The position numbers and the translations under genes are program-made. Shown piece after piece: positions 1 through 8,314 of a DNA stretch of 27,268 bases. The DNA comes from Bdellovibrionota bacterium (GTDB taxonomy: Bacteria > Bdellovibrionota_C > UBA2361 > OMII01). The DNA lies in assembly GCA_044356215.1 (NCBI GenBank), contig JBIKWQ010000047.1, forward strand, positions 1-27,268, in the 5' to 3' direction. The notes below the pieces were generated by a model, which saw only the letters and a list, made by a program, of their open reading frames with translations, was not told where the DNA came from and made no database searches. Every line of letters starts with the position of its first letter. Position 1 is the first letter of the stretch.

Positions 1-2
1 AT

Positions 3-266
3 GTTTATGAACGGGTTGTTACTGTAGCTAACAGTGATGGCAGGAATTATACGGGAGTTCATGGAGACGGGGCGCTTGATTCAAATGGGAGGGCTAACGA
101 GAGTAATTGGCCGTCACCAACTAGTGCGTCGGGGTCTGGATTTCGTGGCGGAAGCTGGAATGTTGCATCATCGTATTGTCGGGTGTCTGACCGGTCGACC
201 GCTGGGACGGCTGATACGAGTCGTAGGTCTGATTATGGAGGTCGAGGGGTTAGGACGGCGCCGTAG
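3..266 (+). CDS. C-terminal part (5' end outside window) of an FGE-sulfatase (SUMF1-like, CLec-fold) domain protein
   Basis: Frame 3 is open from the edge: VYERVVTVANSDGRNYTGVHGDGALDSNGRANESNWP...GSGFRGGSWNVASSYCRVSDRSTAGTADTSRRSDYGGRGVRTAP*, with TAG at 264-266. It matches the (GN)VxE...RGGSW...R.S.R...R....G.R.VR terminus of the family. Not in the ORF track because it has no start codon in the window. Confidence 0.85.
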   Translation, partial: VYERVVTVANSDGRNYTGVHGDGALDSNGRANESNWPSPTSASGSGFRGGSWNVASSYCRVSDRSTAGTADTSRRSDYGGRGVRTAP

Positions 267-276
267 TATAATAAAC

Positions 277-352
277 CGACATGCGACATGCGTATCACGT
301 CTCACGTGAAACGTGGCACGTTATACGTCTTACGCCTGCCGCCTGTCGTTAT
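277..352. repeat. Degenerate heptamer tandem repeat (CG every 7 nt, about 11 units)
   Basis: cgacatg cgacatg cgtatca cgtctca cgtgaaa cgtggca cgttata cgtctta cgcctgc cgcctgt cgttat; CG starts at 277, 284 ... 347. Confidence 0.85.
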
Positions 353-365
353 CGGGTTCCTCCTC

Positions 366-570
366 CTCGGACCGCGGCGCTCCCGCGCCGCTTGTAGCAA
401 TTATCAAAGGCCGTAGCAAAGCGCGCCAGAGGCGCGCGGTCCGAGTTGGCGTTGCATGTAACGGATACCGGAGGTTGCAGCAAAGTGTGTCCGATTGGAC
501 CGCGGCGCTCCTGCGCCGCTTGTAGCAAATAGCGAGGGTTGTCACAAAAGCGCGCCAGAGGCGCGCGGTC
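366..570. repeat. Two REP/REPIN-like GC-rich palindromic elements in direct orientation (369-441 and 497-570)
   Basis: Both copies read GGACCGCGGCGCTCCYGCGCCGCTTGTAGCAA-N17-AAA(A)GCGCGCCAGAGGCGCGCGGTC. The ends are inverted (CTCGGACCGCG...CGCGGTCCGAG in copy 1) and each half is itself a hairpin. Confidence 0.75.
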
Positions 571-630
571 GACGAACTAAGCCACAGCTCTACCCCTCTG
601 TGGTGAAAATGTGAACAAATCTCTGTTAAC

Positions 631-659
631 TTGCACAAAACCCCAACACTTACTACCGT
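631..659 (+). promoter_or_regulatory. Putative sigma70 promoter of the ligase gene
   Basis: TTGCAC-N17-TACCGT, 11 nt before ATG 671. Confidence 0.5.
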
Positions 660-670
660 TGCTGAAGCCT

Positions 671-2302
671 ATGTCTCACCGATCTATTACAAGCTTTAGC
701 GAACTCTACTTAGCTGTTCGTGATACATCTAGTTCCGAGGAGAAGGTGGTGCTTATCGCCGAGTTCCTTAAGATAGCGCCAAGCTCTGAATTCGGCTGGG
801 CGGTTTTGTTACTAAGAGGCGGAAGCTTACGCGGTGGCGTTAGGTCTGGTGAACTACGTGAGTGGGCCGCCGAGCTCTCGAATGTGCCTCTGTGGTTAGT
901 TGAAGAGTCCTACTCGGTAACAGGAGACCTGGCTGAAACGATAGCGCTCTTGGTTTGTAAAGATTCCAGCGATTCACCGGCGACCCCAACCTTAAATCAC
1001 TGGATCAAAACTATAAGTAAGATTAATTCGGTCCCTCGTGACGAGCGCAAACAGCTAGTGTTAGAAACTTGGCGCGGAATGTCTCAGGCAGATTGCCTGG
1101 TTTTCAATAAGCTAATTACCGGTGCTTTGCGTATCGGTGTAGCTAAGGGTCTTGTCACCAAGGCGCTAGAGAGAGCATCGGGTATTCCCAGCAGTGAGCT
1201 CTGGACTAAGCTTGCTGGTTCCTGGCGCCCAGATGAATTGACGCTTGAAGCTATAACCACCCGTTCTGACTCCGGTAAATCGGTAGCTCCTTATCCGTTT
1301 TTCCTTGCCTATCCCCTCGAGCGAGATATCTTAAACAGTTATTCAATAGATGACTGGCAAGTTGAGTGGAAGTGGGACGGAATTCGAGCCCAGATAGTAA
1401 AACGTCACGGAGGCGTGGCGATCTGGTCGCGAGGTGATGAACTGATCTCAGAGAGCTTTCCTGAAATAGTTGAGGCCGGCGTTTCGTTGTCTGACGGCAC
1501 AGTGCTCGATGGAGAGATAGTCGCCTGGAACACCTCTACTGACGGTGCTGGACATCCAGCGAGCTTCGCCGATCTCCAGAAAAGAATTAACAGAAAGCGC
1601 ATAACCTCCGCGCTCCTTAACGTATCTCCAACACGTTTCATCGCTTACGATATATTAGAGACCGACGGGCGTGACATTAGAACGGAGCCGTTATCAACGA
1701 GGAGAAATGCTTTGGAAAAAGTGGTCGTGCCTCTGATATCATCGGAATCCCCGATATTAATCTCAGCAGCTATAGAGAGTGTATCTTGGCAGCAGGCGAG
1801 CGATCTTCAACGCGACTCACGCGCGCGTCACGCCGAGGGGCTTATGCTAAAACGACGAGACTCACCTTACGGGACGGGTCGCGTAAACAGAGGCGCGTGG
1901 TGGAAGTGGAAGGTCGAGCCACTGACGATTGACGGAGTTCTCCTTTACGCCACCAAAGGTCACGGTCGCAGGGCGGATCTCTATACAGATTATACCTTTG
2001 CCGTCTGGGATGGTGATAAGCTCGTTACCTTCGCCAAAGCTTACTCAGGTTTAACTGAGAGCGAGATCCGCGAAGTCGATGCCTTCATAAAAAGAAACAC
2101 CAAGGAGCGCTTTGGTCCAGTACGCACAGTAGAGCCCGAACTCGTTTTTGAGATCGCCTTCGAGGGGATCCAGTCATCAAAGAGGCACCGCTCTGGGGTC
2201 GCGGTGAGGTTCCCACGGATCTTGCGTTGGCGTAGAGATAAATCGGCCAAGGACGCCGATACTTTAGAGGCACTAAGAAACTTGGCCGAAAATAGAGCCT
2301 GA
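671..2302 (+). CDS. ATP-dependent DNA ligase (N-terminal DNA-binding, adenylation and OB domains)
   Basis: Motif I EWKWDGIRAQ, VLDGEIV, FIAYDIL, EGLMLK, WWKWK and C-terminal AVRFPRILRWRRDK. Start moved from GTG 611 to ATG 671 because the putative promoter lies inside the longer ORF. Confidence 0.95.
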   Translation: MSHRSITSFSELYLAVRDTSSSEEKVVLIAEFLKIAPSSEFGWAVLLLRGGSLRGGVRSGELREWAAELSNVPLWLVEESYSVTGDLAETIALLVCKDSSDSPATPTLNHWIKTISKINSVPRDERKQLVLETWRGMSQADCLVFNKLITGALRIGVAKGLVTKALERASGIPSSELWTKLAGSWRPDELTLEAITTRSDSGKSVAPYPFFLAYPLERDILNSYSIDDWQVEWKWDGIRAQIVKRHGGVAIWSRGDELISESFPEIVEAGVSLSDGTVLDGEIVAWNTSTDGAGHPASFADLQKRINRKRITSALLNVSPTRFIAYDILETDGRDIRTEPLSTRRNALEKVVVPLISSESPILISAAIESVSWQQASDLQRDSRARHAEGLMLKRRDSPYGTGRVNRGAWWKWKVEPLTIDGVLLYATKGHGRRADLYTDYTFAVWDGDKLVTFAKAYSGLTESEIREVDAFIKRNTKERFGPVRTVEPELVFEIAFEGIQSSKRHRSGVAVRFPRILRWRRDKSAKDADTLEALRNLAENRA

Positions 2303-2358
2303 CAGCTCTTTGTCGCGATTTTCGAGCCGACTTAGATCGTCAAAAACGGCCCGCTGCA

Positions 2359-2387
2359 TTGAAACAAGGGCGTCTGTAAAGTAATAT
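2359..2387 (+). promoter_or_regulatory. Putative sigma70 promoter of the ABC-F gene
   Basis: TTGAAA-N17-TAATAT, 22 nt before ATG 2410. Confidence 0.6.
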
Positions 2388-2409
2388 GCCCGCTACAGCG
2401 GGGTAGGCT

Positions 2410-4257
2410 ATGCTTCAAGTTAGTTCAATAGAAAAACATTTCGGCGAGAGGGTCCTCTTCTCAAAAGCGTCTCTAACTGTCTCTCCAGGAGAGCGTGTGG
2501 CGCTATTTGGCAGAAACGGCTCAGGTAAATCCACTCTTTTAAAAATCATAGCTGGCGAGGAGACTCCGGACGATGGTGATGTATCAACTCCGAAGGGATA
2601 CAAGATAGGTTTCCTGAAGCAACATCTATCGTTCTCAAAAGCCACGGTCCTAGAGGAGGCGTGCTCAGCTTTACTGGGAGACCCTATCGCTGAGCAGTAC
2701 AAAGCTGAGATCGTTTTAGCGGGGTTGGGATTCTCTGAGCCAGAGTTAGAGCTTTCACCTACGGCGCTCTCGGGTGGTTTTCAGATCCGAATAAATCTCG
2801 CTAAGTTAATCCTCTCAGAGCCAAATATGTTGTTGCTCGATGAGCCAACTAACTATCTCGATATCGTCTCGCTTCGGTGGCTAGAGAGCTTTTTGCAGAC
2901 GTGGCCGGGAGAGATGATCGTGATCTCGCACGATCGTTATTTCTGCGATCAGGTAAGCACGCACAGCGCCCTTGTATATCGCGGCGGATTTAGAAAGATT
3001 GAAGGAAACTCAGAGAAGTTATTCGAAAGGATCTCGGCGGATGAGGAGCTTCACGAGCGCACACGTGAGAACCGCGAGAAAGAGATTAAGCGCATGGAGG
3101 CGTTTATCACCCGCTTTAAAGCGCAGGCGAGCAAAGCTACTCTGGTTCAATCGCGAGTAAAGGCGCTAGCGCGTATGGAGAAGCTAGAGGAGCTCTCAAG
3201 CGATCCAACATTAGATTTCTCTTTTACTCATCTGCCACTACCTGGAAAATTCCCTTTAGAAGTAAAGGACCTCTCCTTTGGATACGCGAATTTAGATAAG
3301 CCTCTAATCGACGGACTATCGTTCGCGATTAAGAAGGATGACCGGTTGGCGGTAATCGGTAAAAACGGGCGTGGTAAATCAACACTTCTCAAACTTTTAG
3401 CCGGAGAGCTGGTTCCGAGCTCTGGTGAAGTGGCGCTTAGCCCTAACACTGTGAGCTCATTCTTCGCGCAGACTAATACTAATCGACTAAATCTCTCAAA
3501 TACGATCGAGACCGAGGTTTATAACGCCAATCAAAAGCTAAGTCGGACAGCGGTCAGAGCTATCTGTGGCTGTATGATGTTTGAGGGTGATGACGCTCTA
3601 AAGAAGATCTCAGTGCTCTCAGGAGGCGAGCGATCGCGCGTATTGCTTGGTAAGATCTTAGCTACCCCAACTAATCTTTTGTTGCTCGATGAGCCAACAA
3701 ACCACTTGGATGTTGAATCGGTGATGGCGTTAACAGAGGCACTTGAAGATTTTCAAGGTGCTGTCGTGATCGTTACTCACAGCGAGGAGATCCTAAGACG
3801 AGTAGCCACCAGGCTAGTTGTGTTCCAAGGAGATAATCCCTTTGTTTTCGAGGGGACTTACGACGAGTTCCTCGATTCGATCGGTTGGGAGGGTGAGGAA
3901 ACGGTCAAGCCATCTAAGGGAAAGAAAAAGAAAAAGGTAGCAGAGGATTCAGATCCTAAGCGCGACAAAGCGCAGCTCTTGCAGGAGCGTTCGCGGGAGT
4001 TAAAGCCGTTACGCGAGAGTGTGGAGAAATTAGAGAAAGAGATTTCGGAGCTAGAAAAGAGGATTTCAGCAACGCAGGAGGATCTGTCACGAGCATCAAA
4101 CAGCGGAAATAGCGCGCAGATACAGAATCTTTCTCGAGATCTCGCCCGCGCGCAAGCGGAGCTAGCGATCCGCATCGAGAAGTGGGAAACAGCGCAGGCT
4201 GAGCTAGAGACGATTCAGAATAGATTTCAGAAAATGATTGATTCTGTGGTGGTGTGA
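2410..4257 (+). CDS. ABC-F family ATP-binding cassette protein (ribosome-associated ATPase)
   Basis: Two nucleotide-binding domains (GRNGSGKST/LSGG/LLLDEPTNYLD and GKNGRGKST/LSGGERSR/LLLDEPTNHLD), no TM segments, FITRFKAQASKA linker, C-terminal coiled coil. Confidence 0.95.
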   Translation: MLQVSSIEKHFGERVLFSKASLTVSPGERVALFGRNGSGKSTLLKIIAGEETPDDGDVSTPKGYKIGFLKQHLSFSKATVLEEACSALLGDPIAEQYKAEIVLAGLGFSEPELELSPTALSGGFQIRINLAKLILSEPNMLLLDEPTNYLDIVSLRWLESFLQTWPGEMIVISHDRYFCDQVSTHSALVYRGGFRKIEGNSEKLFERISADEELHERTRENREKEIKRMEAFITRFKAQASKATLVQSRVKALARMEKLEELSSDPTLDFSFTHLPLPGKFPLEVKDLSFGYANLDKPLIDGLSFAIKKDDRLAVIGKNGRGKSTLLKLLAGELVPSSGEVALSPNTVSSFFAQTNTNRLNLSNTIETEVYNANQKLSRTAVRAICGCMMFEGDDALKKISVLSGGERSRVLLGKILATPTNLLLLDEPTNHLDVESVMALTEALEDFQGAVVIVTHSEEILRRVATRLVVFQGDNPFVFEGTYDEFLDSIGWEGEETVKPSKGKKKKKVAEDSDPKRDKAQLLQERSRELKPLRESVEKLEKEISELEKRISATQEDLSRASNSGNSAQIQNLSRDLARAQAELAIRIEKWETAQAELETIQNRFQKMIDSVVV

Positions 4258-4344
4258 GGGGGAAGATCTAGATTAACACCGGGTAATCTATATCGAGGCC
4301 ACAGAGGTAGCGGATAAAGCGTATGTGAATCTCGAGCTTCAGCT

Positions 4345-4374
4345 TTGCCTCGCCCCCCCTGTTTGAGATAAGCT
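4345..4374 (+). promoter_or_regulatory. Putative promoter giving a leaderless leuC mRNA
   Basis: TTGCCT-N18-TAAGCT ends 7 nt (TCTCCCC) before ATG 4382; no Shine-Dalgarno sequence. Confidence 0.5.
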
Positions 4375-4381
4375 TCTCCCC

Positions 4382-5776
4382 ATGAAGAACATCATAGAAA
4401 AAATCTGGGAATCACACGTTATTCCAGCGAAAGAGGCGGGAGCGCCGGATATCTTAACGATAGATTTTATGCTGATGCATGAGGTCACATCGATTCAGGC
4501 GTTTGATCTACTTAAAGAGCGCAGGATCCCGCTTCTTGATAAGGGGCGCCTAGTGGCGACCCTTGATCACAGTATACCAACAAGAAAGAACAGACTTGAG
4601 ATCTACGATCCAGCGGCGAAGACTCAGGTTGAGGCGCTCAGAAGAGTCGCCGCCGATGAGGGCTTAACTCTCTTTGATTTCGGTTCAGGTTATCAAGGGA
4701 TCGTTCACGTTATCGGTCCAGAGCTAGGCTTGACCCAGCCTGGCATGACTATCGTTTGCGGTGACTCTCACACCTCGACTCACGGAGCTTTCGGAGCACT
4801 AGCCTTCGGAGTTGGAACGAGTGAAGTGGGCCATGTGCTAGCCGCCGGTTCTATTCTCCTAAGGAGACCTAAGACGATGCGAGTTGAGTTCGACGGCACG
4901 TTCGCTCCTGGGGTATACGCGAAAGACGCCATATTGAAGTTGATCGCTGAGATCGGAATCGGTGGCGCTAACGGGCATGTGATCGAATACACAGGTAGCG
5001 CGGTCCGAGCGATGTCGATGGAAGAGCGAATGACCGTTTGTAATATGAGTATCGAGTGCGGAGCTCGGGCGGGATTAGTATCCCCAGACGACAAGACGCT
5101 AGCCTTCTTGAAAGGAAGACGGTACTCCCCGAAGGATAGTGATTGGGATCGCGCCGAGAGCTATTGGCGATCCTTAGCGAGCGACGCTGGGGCGACTTAT
5201 GATCGTGAGATCCGGATCGATGTCAGCAAGCTTACCCCGATGGTGACCTGGGGTACCAATCCAGAGCAAGGGATCGAGATTGGGCAGAAGGTTCCCACAC
5301 TAAGCACGCTCCCTGAGTCACACCGAGCCGTAGCACAGCAGGCGTTGGCTTACACACGCTTATCTGAGGGCCAGCCGATAAGTGGAGTGAAGATTAATTG
5401 GGCCTTTATCGGTTCGTGCACAAATGGCCGGATTGAGGACTTAAGGATCGCCGCCAAAGTTCTCAAAGGAAAACAGGTTAGTCCAGAGGTAAAGCTCTAC
5501 ATCGTTCCCGGATCTGAGCAGGTTATGCGGCAGGCGCACGATGAGGGACTAGTGGATATATTCACATCCGCAGGTGCTGATTTTCGCATGCCCGGGTGTT
5601 CGATGTGTCTAGGCATGAACGACGATAAGGTCCCGTCAGGCGAGCGGTGCATCAGCACATCTAACCGTAATTTTATCGGCCGGCAGGGGGAGGGAAGCAT
5701 CACGCACCTGGCATCCCCCGCCACGGTCGCCGCATCAGCGGTTGCCGGCGTGATCACAAGATTTAACGCGGAGTAA
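4382..5776 (+). CDS. leuC: 3-isopropylmalate dehydratase large subunit
   Basis: HEVTS, GIVHVIGPELGLTQPGMTIVCGDSHTSTHGAFG, IGSCTNGRIEDLR, GCSMCLGMN, STSNRNF.GRQG. Confidence 0.98.
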   Translation: MKNIIEKIWESHVIPAKEAGAPDILTIDFMLMHEVTSIQAFDLLKERRIPLLDKGRLVATLDHSIPTRKNRLEIYDPAAKTQVEALRRVAADEGLTLFDFGSGYQGIVHVIGPELGLTQPGMTIVCGDSHTSTHGAFGALAFGVGTSEVGHVLAAGSILLRRPKTMRVEFDGTFAPGVYAKDAILKLIAEIGIGGANGHVIEYTGSAVRAMSMEERMTVCNMSIECGARAGLVSPDDKTLAFLKGRRYSPKDSDWDRAESYWRSLASDAGATYDREIRIDVSKLTPMVTWGTNPEQGIEIGQKVPTLSTLPESHRAVAQQALAYTRLSEGQPISGVKINWAFIGSCTNGRIEDLRIAAKVLKGKQVSPEVKLYIVPGSEQVMRQAHDEGLVDIFTSAGADFRMPGCSMCLGMNDDKVPSGERCISTSNRNFIGRQGEGSITHLASPATVAASAVAGVITRFNAE

Positions 5777-5781
5777 TCAAC

Positions 5782-6387
5782 ATGAAGCCTTTTGCAACAG
5801 TAACTTCAATCGCGGCGCCGGTGGCGATCAAGGATGTCGATACTGACATGATCATCCCAGCGCAATTTTTGACTAGCATATCTCGAGATGGATTTGGCCC
5901 AAACCTCTTTAAGAGACTCCGCGAATCGCGCCCTGATTTCTATCAAAATAACCCCCGATTTAATAAAGCTGAGATCATAGTTGCGGATACGAACTTTGGG
6001 TGCGGCTCATCGCGCGAGCACGCGGTTTGGGCTCTTTTAGGAGCAGGCATCAAGGTTGTTATAGCGCCATCTTTCGCTGATATCTTCGCTGGCAACAGCG
6101 CCAAGAATGGATTGCTTTTAGTGACACTGCCGGAAGATGTGGTGCAAGCATTACTCAATGACGCTCTTAAAAAAGATCTCAAATTAAATGTTAATTTAGA
6201 AACGCAGCTTGTGTCTTCTGATACAGGCGCTGAGTGGAGCTTTAATTACGATCCGTTTAGAAAGCACTGCCTCTTAAACGGGCTAGATGATCTCGATTAT
6301 CTCCGTTCAAAGCTAGATGTAATTCAAGCGAAAAAGAGAGAGCAGAGCTCTAACTGGTTCTACTCAACGTTAACGCCAAACAGGTAG
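5782..6387 (+). CDS. leuD: 3-isopropylmalate dehydratase small subunit
   Basis: DVDTDMIIPAQFL, NFGCGSSREHAVWAL, SFADIF, CLLNGLDD. Confidence 0.98.
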   Translation: MKPFATVTSIAAPVAIKDVDTDMIIPAQFLTSISRDGFGPNLFKRLRESRPDFYQNNPRFNKAEIIVADTNFGCGSSREHAVWALLGAGIKVVIAPSFADIFAGNSAKNGLLLVTLPEDVVQALLNDALKKDLKLNVNLETQLVSSDTGAEWSFNYDPFRKHCLLNGLDDLDYLRSKLDVIQAKKREQSSNWFYSTLTPNR

Positions 6388-6391
6388 CGCT

Positions 6392-7489
6392 ATGAGTGAT
6401 ATTAAACGTGTCGCGGTTTTAGCCGGGGATGGGATCGGCCCAGAAGTAATGGAAGAGGCGCTAGCGACTCTAGCGGTCGTTTGTGAGAAGTACTCAAGGC
6501 GCTTAAGTTTCGCGCAGGCCTTAGTAGGAGGCGCGGCATACATTAAGACAGAGAACCACTTTCCCGATGAAACAAGGGAGATCTGCGCTAAAAGTGACGC
6601 GATCCTCTTTGGTTCAGTCGGTGGTCCGGTATCACAGGCTCACCAACCACAGTGGAAAAACTGCGAGACCAATTCGATCTTAGCTATACGCAAAGCATTC
6701 AAGTTAGCCGCTAATTTTAGGCCAACTGTAGTTTATCCCAGTTTATCTTCGGGCTCGCCTCTAAAGTCGCAAGTTATCGGAGATGGGGTGGACTTAATGA
6801 TCATCCGTGAGCTTCAGGGGGATGTGTATTTCGGTGAGCACACATTTTTTGAGTCACGAGGCGAGCGGAGCGCTCGGGATTCCGGAGAGTACACCGAGAA
6901 TCAGATAAAGTTTGTAGCTCATACAGCGTTTAACGCTGCCAGAAAGCGCCGTAAGGTCGTGCATTCGGTAGATAAAGCTAATGTAATGCATATGTCCAAG
7001 CTCTGGCGTGAAGTAGTGAGTGAGGTGCATCAAGCTGAGTACGCGGATGTGAAGCTAGAGCATATTTTGGTGGATAACTGCGCTTTGCAGCTAGTGAATA
7101 ATCCCGCTCAGTTCGATGTGATAGTGGCGCCTAACCTTTTTGGAGACATCTTGTCCGATTTAGCCGCGGCGTTACCCGGATCGCTAGGATTGTCGCCCTC
7201 GGCGAGCTTTAACAGTGAAGGGTTCGCGCTCTATGAGCCATCGGGGGGATCCGCGCCTGATATAGCGGGTAGAGGCATAGCTAATCCGATAGCCCAGATC
7301 CTATCCGCGGCCATGATGTTACGGTACTCATTTGGCTGGGACGCAGAGGCCAGTGCGATAGAAAACGGGGTGGCTAAAGCTTTATCAGATGGATTTCGCA
7401 CAGCCGATTTAACGCCATCAGATAACTCATCACACAAACCAGCGACGACCAGAGAGATGGGAGACGCGATCCGGGAGCGGATTAGTTAA
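6392..7489 (+). CDS. leuB: 3-isopropylmalate dehydrogenase
   Basis: LAGDGIGPEV, GSVGGP, SVDKANV, NLFGDILSD, YEPSGGSAPDIAG, ANPIAQILSAAMMLRYS. Confidence 0.98.
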   Translation: MSDIKRVAVLAGDGIGPEVMEEALATLAVVCEKYSRRLSFAQALVGGAAYIKTENHFPDETREICAKSDAILFGSVGGPVSQAHQPQWKNCETNSILAIRKAFKLAANFRPTVVYPSLSSGSPLKSQVIGDGVDLMIIRELQGDVYFGEHTFFESRGERSARDSGEYTENQIKFVAHTAFNAARKRRKVVHSVDKANVMHMSKLWREVVSEVHQAEYADVKLEHILVDNCALQLVNNPAQFDVIVAPNLFGDILSDLAAALPGSLGLSPSASFNSEGFALYEPSGGSAPDIAGRGIANPIAQILSAAMMLRYSFGWDAEASAIENGVAKALSDGFRTADLTPSDNSSHKPATTREMGDAIRERIS

Positions 7490-8034
7490 GCAAGCGAGGC
7501 CGCTCTCGCCACAACCGCTCTTAGGCCAGGCGCTGAATGATCAGATGTCACCGCCGAGAACAGACGCTCTGCTAAGCCATATTTTAGATTGGAGTGAAGC
7601 TCTACGTGATTAGTCCCGGCTGTCTCGTTGGAGAGATACTCGCTCAGTATCTCGATCGCTAAGGCCTTCACATCTCCTAACGAAAACACTCCAACAACTC
7701 CAACCCACGACGCCTCATCGCGCCACCAGATCAGGCCTGACCAGAGATCTCCAACGCTAAAACTCTGAGTTTCTCCTACCTGCTCACCGGTCAAGCTTAA
7801 GAGATAACTCCTTAGCGAGCGATTAAGATCAGCTTCGGCCTGTTTGCATACCACCGCCTGATGAGCGACATAACGCTTTAGTAGAGTTGGTCCGATCGCC
7901 CGAACCGCCGTGTAAAGCTCTTTAGGGGTGGGTTTCTCATCGCGACGCGAGGCTTTCGCAGTTGGCGTCTGCACCGTGACGGCAGTGATCTTAGAGGACT
8001 CGGAAGAAGTGTTTACAGAATCGCATGAGTTCAT
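7486..8034 (-). CDS. Hypothetical protein
   Basis: 182-aa ORF filling the gap, with GGAG upstream; its stop shares TTAA with the leuB stop. No recognised motif. Confidence 0.65.
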   Translation of the reverse strand: MNSCDSVNTSSESSKITAVTVQTPTAKASRRDEKPTPKELYTAVRAIGPTLLKRYVAHQAVVCKQAEADLNRSLRSYLLSLTGEQVGETQSFSVGDLWSGLIWWRDEASWVGVVGVFSLGDVKALAIEILSEYLSNETAGTNHVELHSNLKYGLAERLFSAVTSDHSAPGLRAVVARAASLA

Positions 8035-8314
8035 AAGCTTAAAATCTCCATCAAATAAACTACTCTCTAAGTCTGTACCATCCGAAATTCTTAAGCAAAT
8101 TTATTCGGGCTATCAAAGCTTAGCTACTATTTTATCGAAAGGGTCCTAATTTAAGATAGTTAGCGTCTTTTTGGCGGGGGCACCAATTCTAAATTCGGCC
8201 CCGCAACAGGCGAATTTAGGATAATTGTCGATTCTGGCGAATGAAGGGGCCTTCTTTGGGTAGTTTCGGGATCGATTTGCTCGCTAAAACGTGAGACGTC
8301 TAACGCCCCAACCC

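Noticed and set aside
369..570. CRISPR array or integron attC sites
   Set aside because: There are only two units of about 74 bp with alternating arms, no cas or intI gene, and no proper RYYYAAC/GTTRRRY boxes.
34..638. ORFs 34-309, 313-525 and 330-638
   Set aside because: The first is an off-frame shadow of the FGE-like C-terminus; the others just translate the heptamer and palindromic repeats.
8120..8220. Hairpins (CTAAATTCG...CGAATTTAG) as a possible c-di-GMP or other riboswitch
   Set aside because: The conserved riboswitch motifs were not found on the relevant minus strand; at most this is a terminator or operator.
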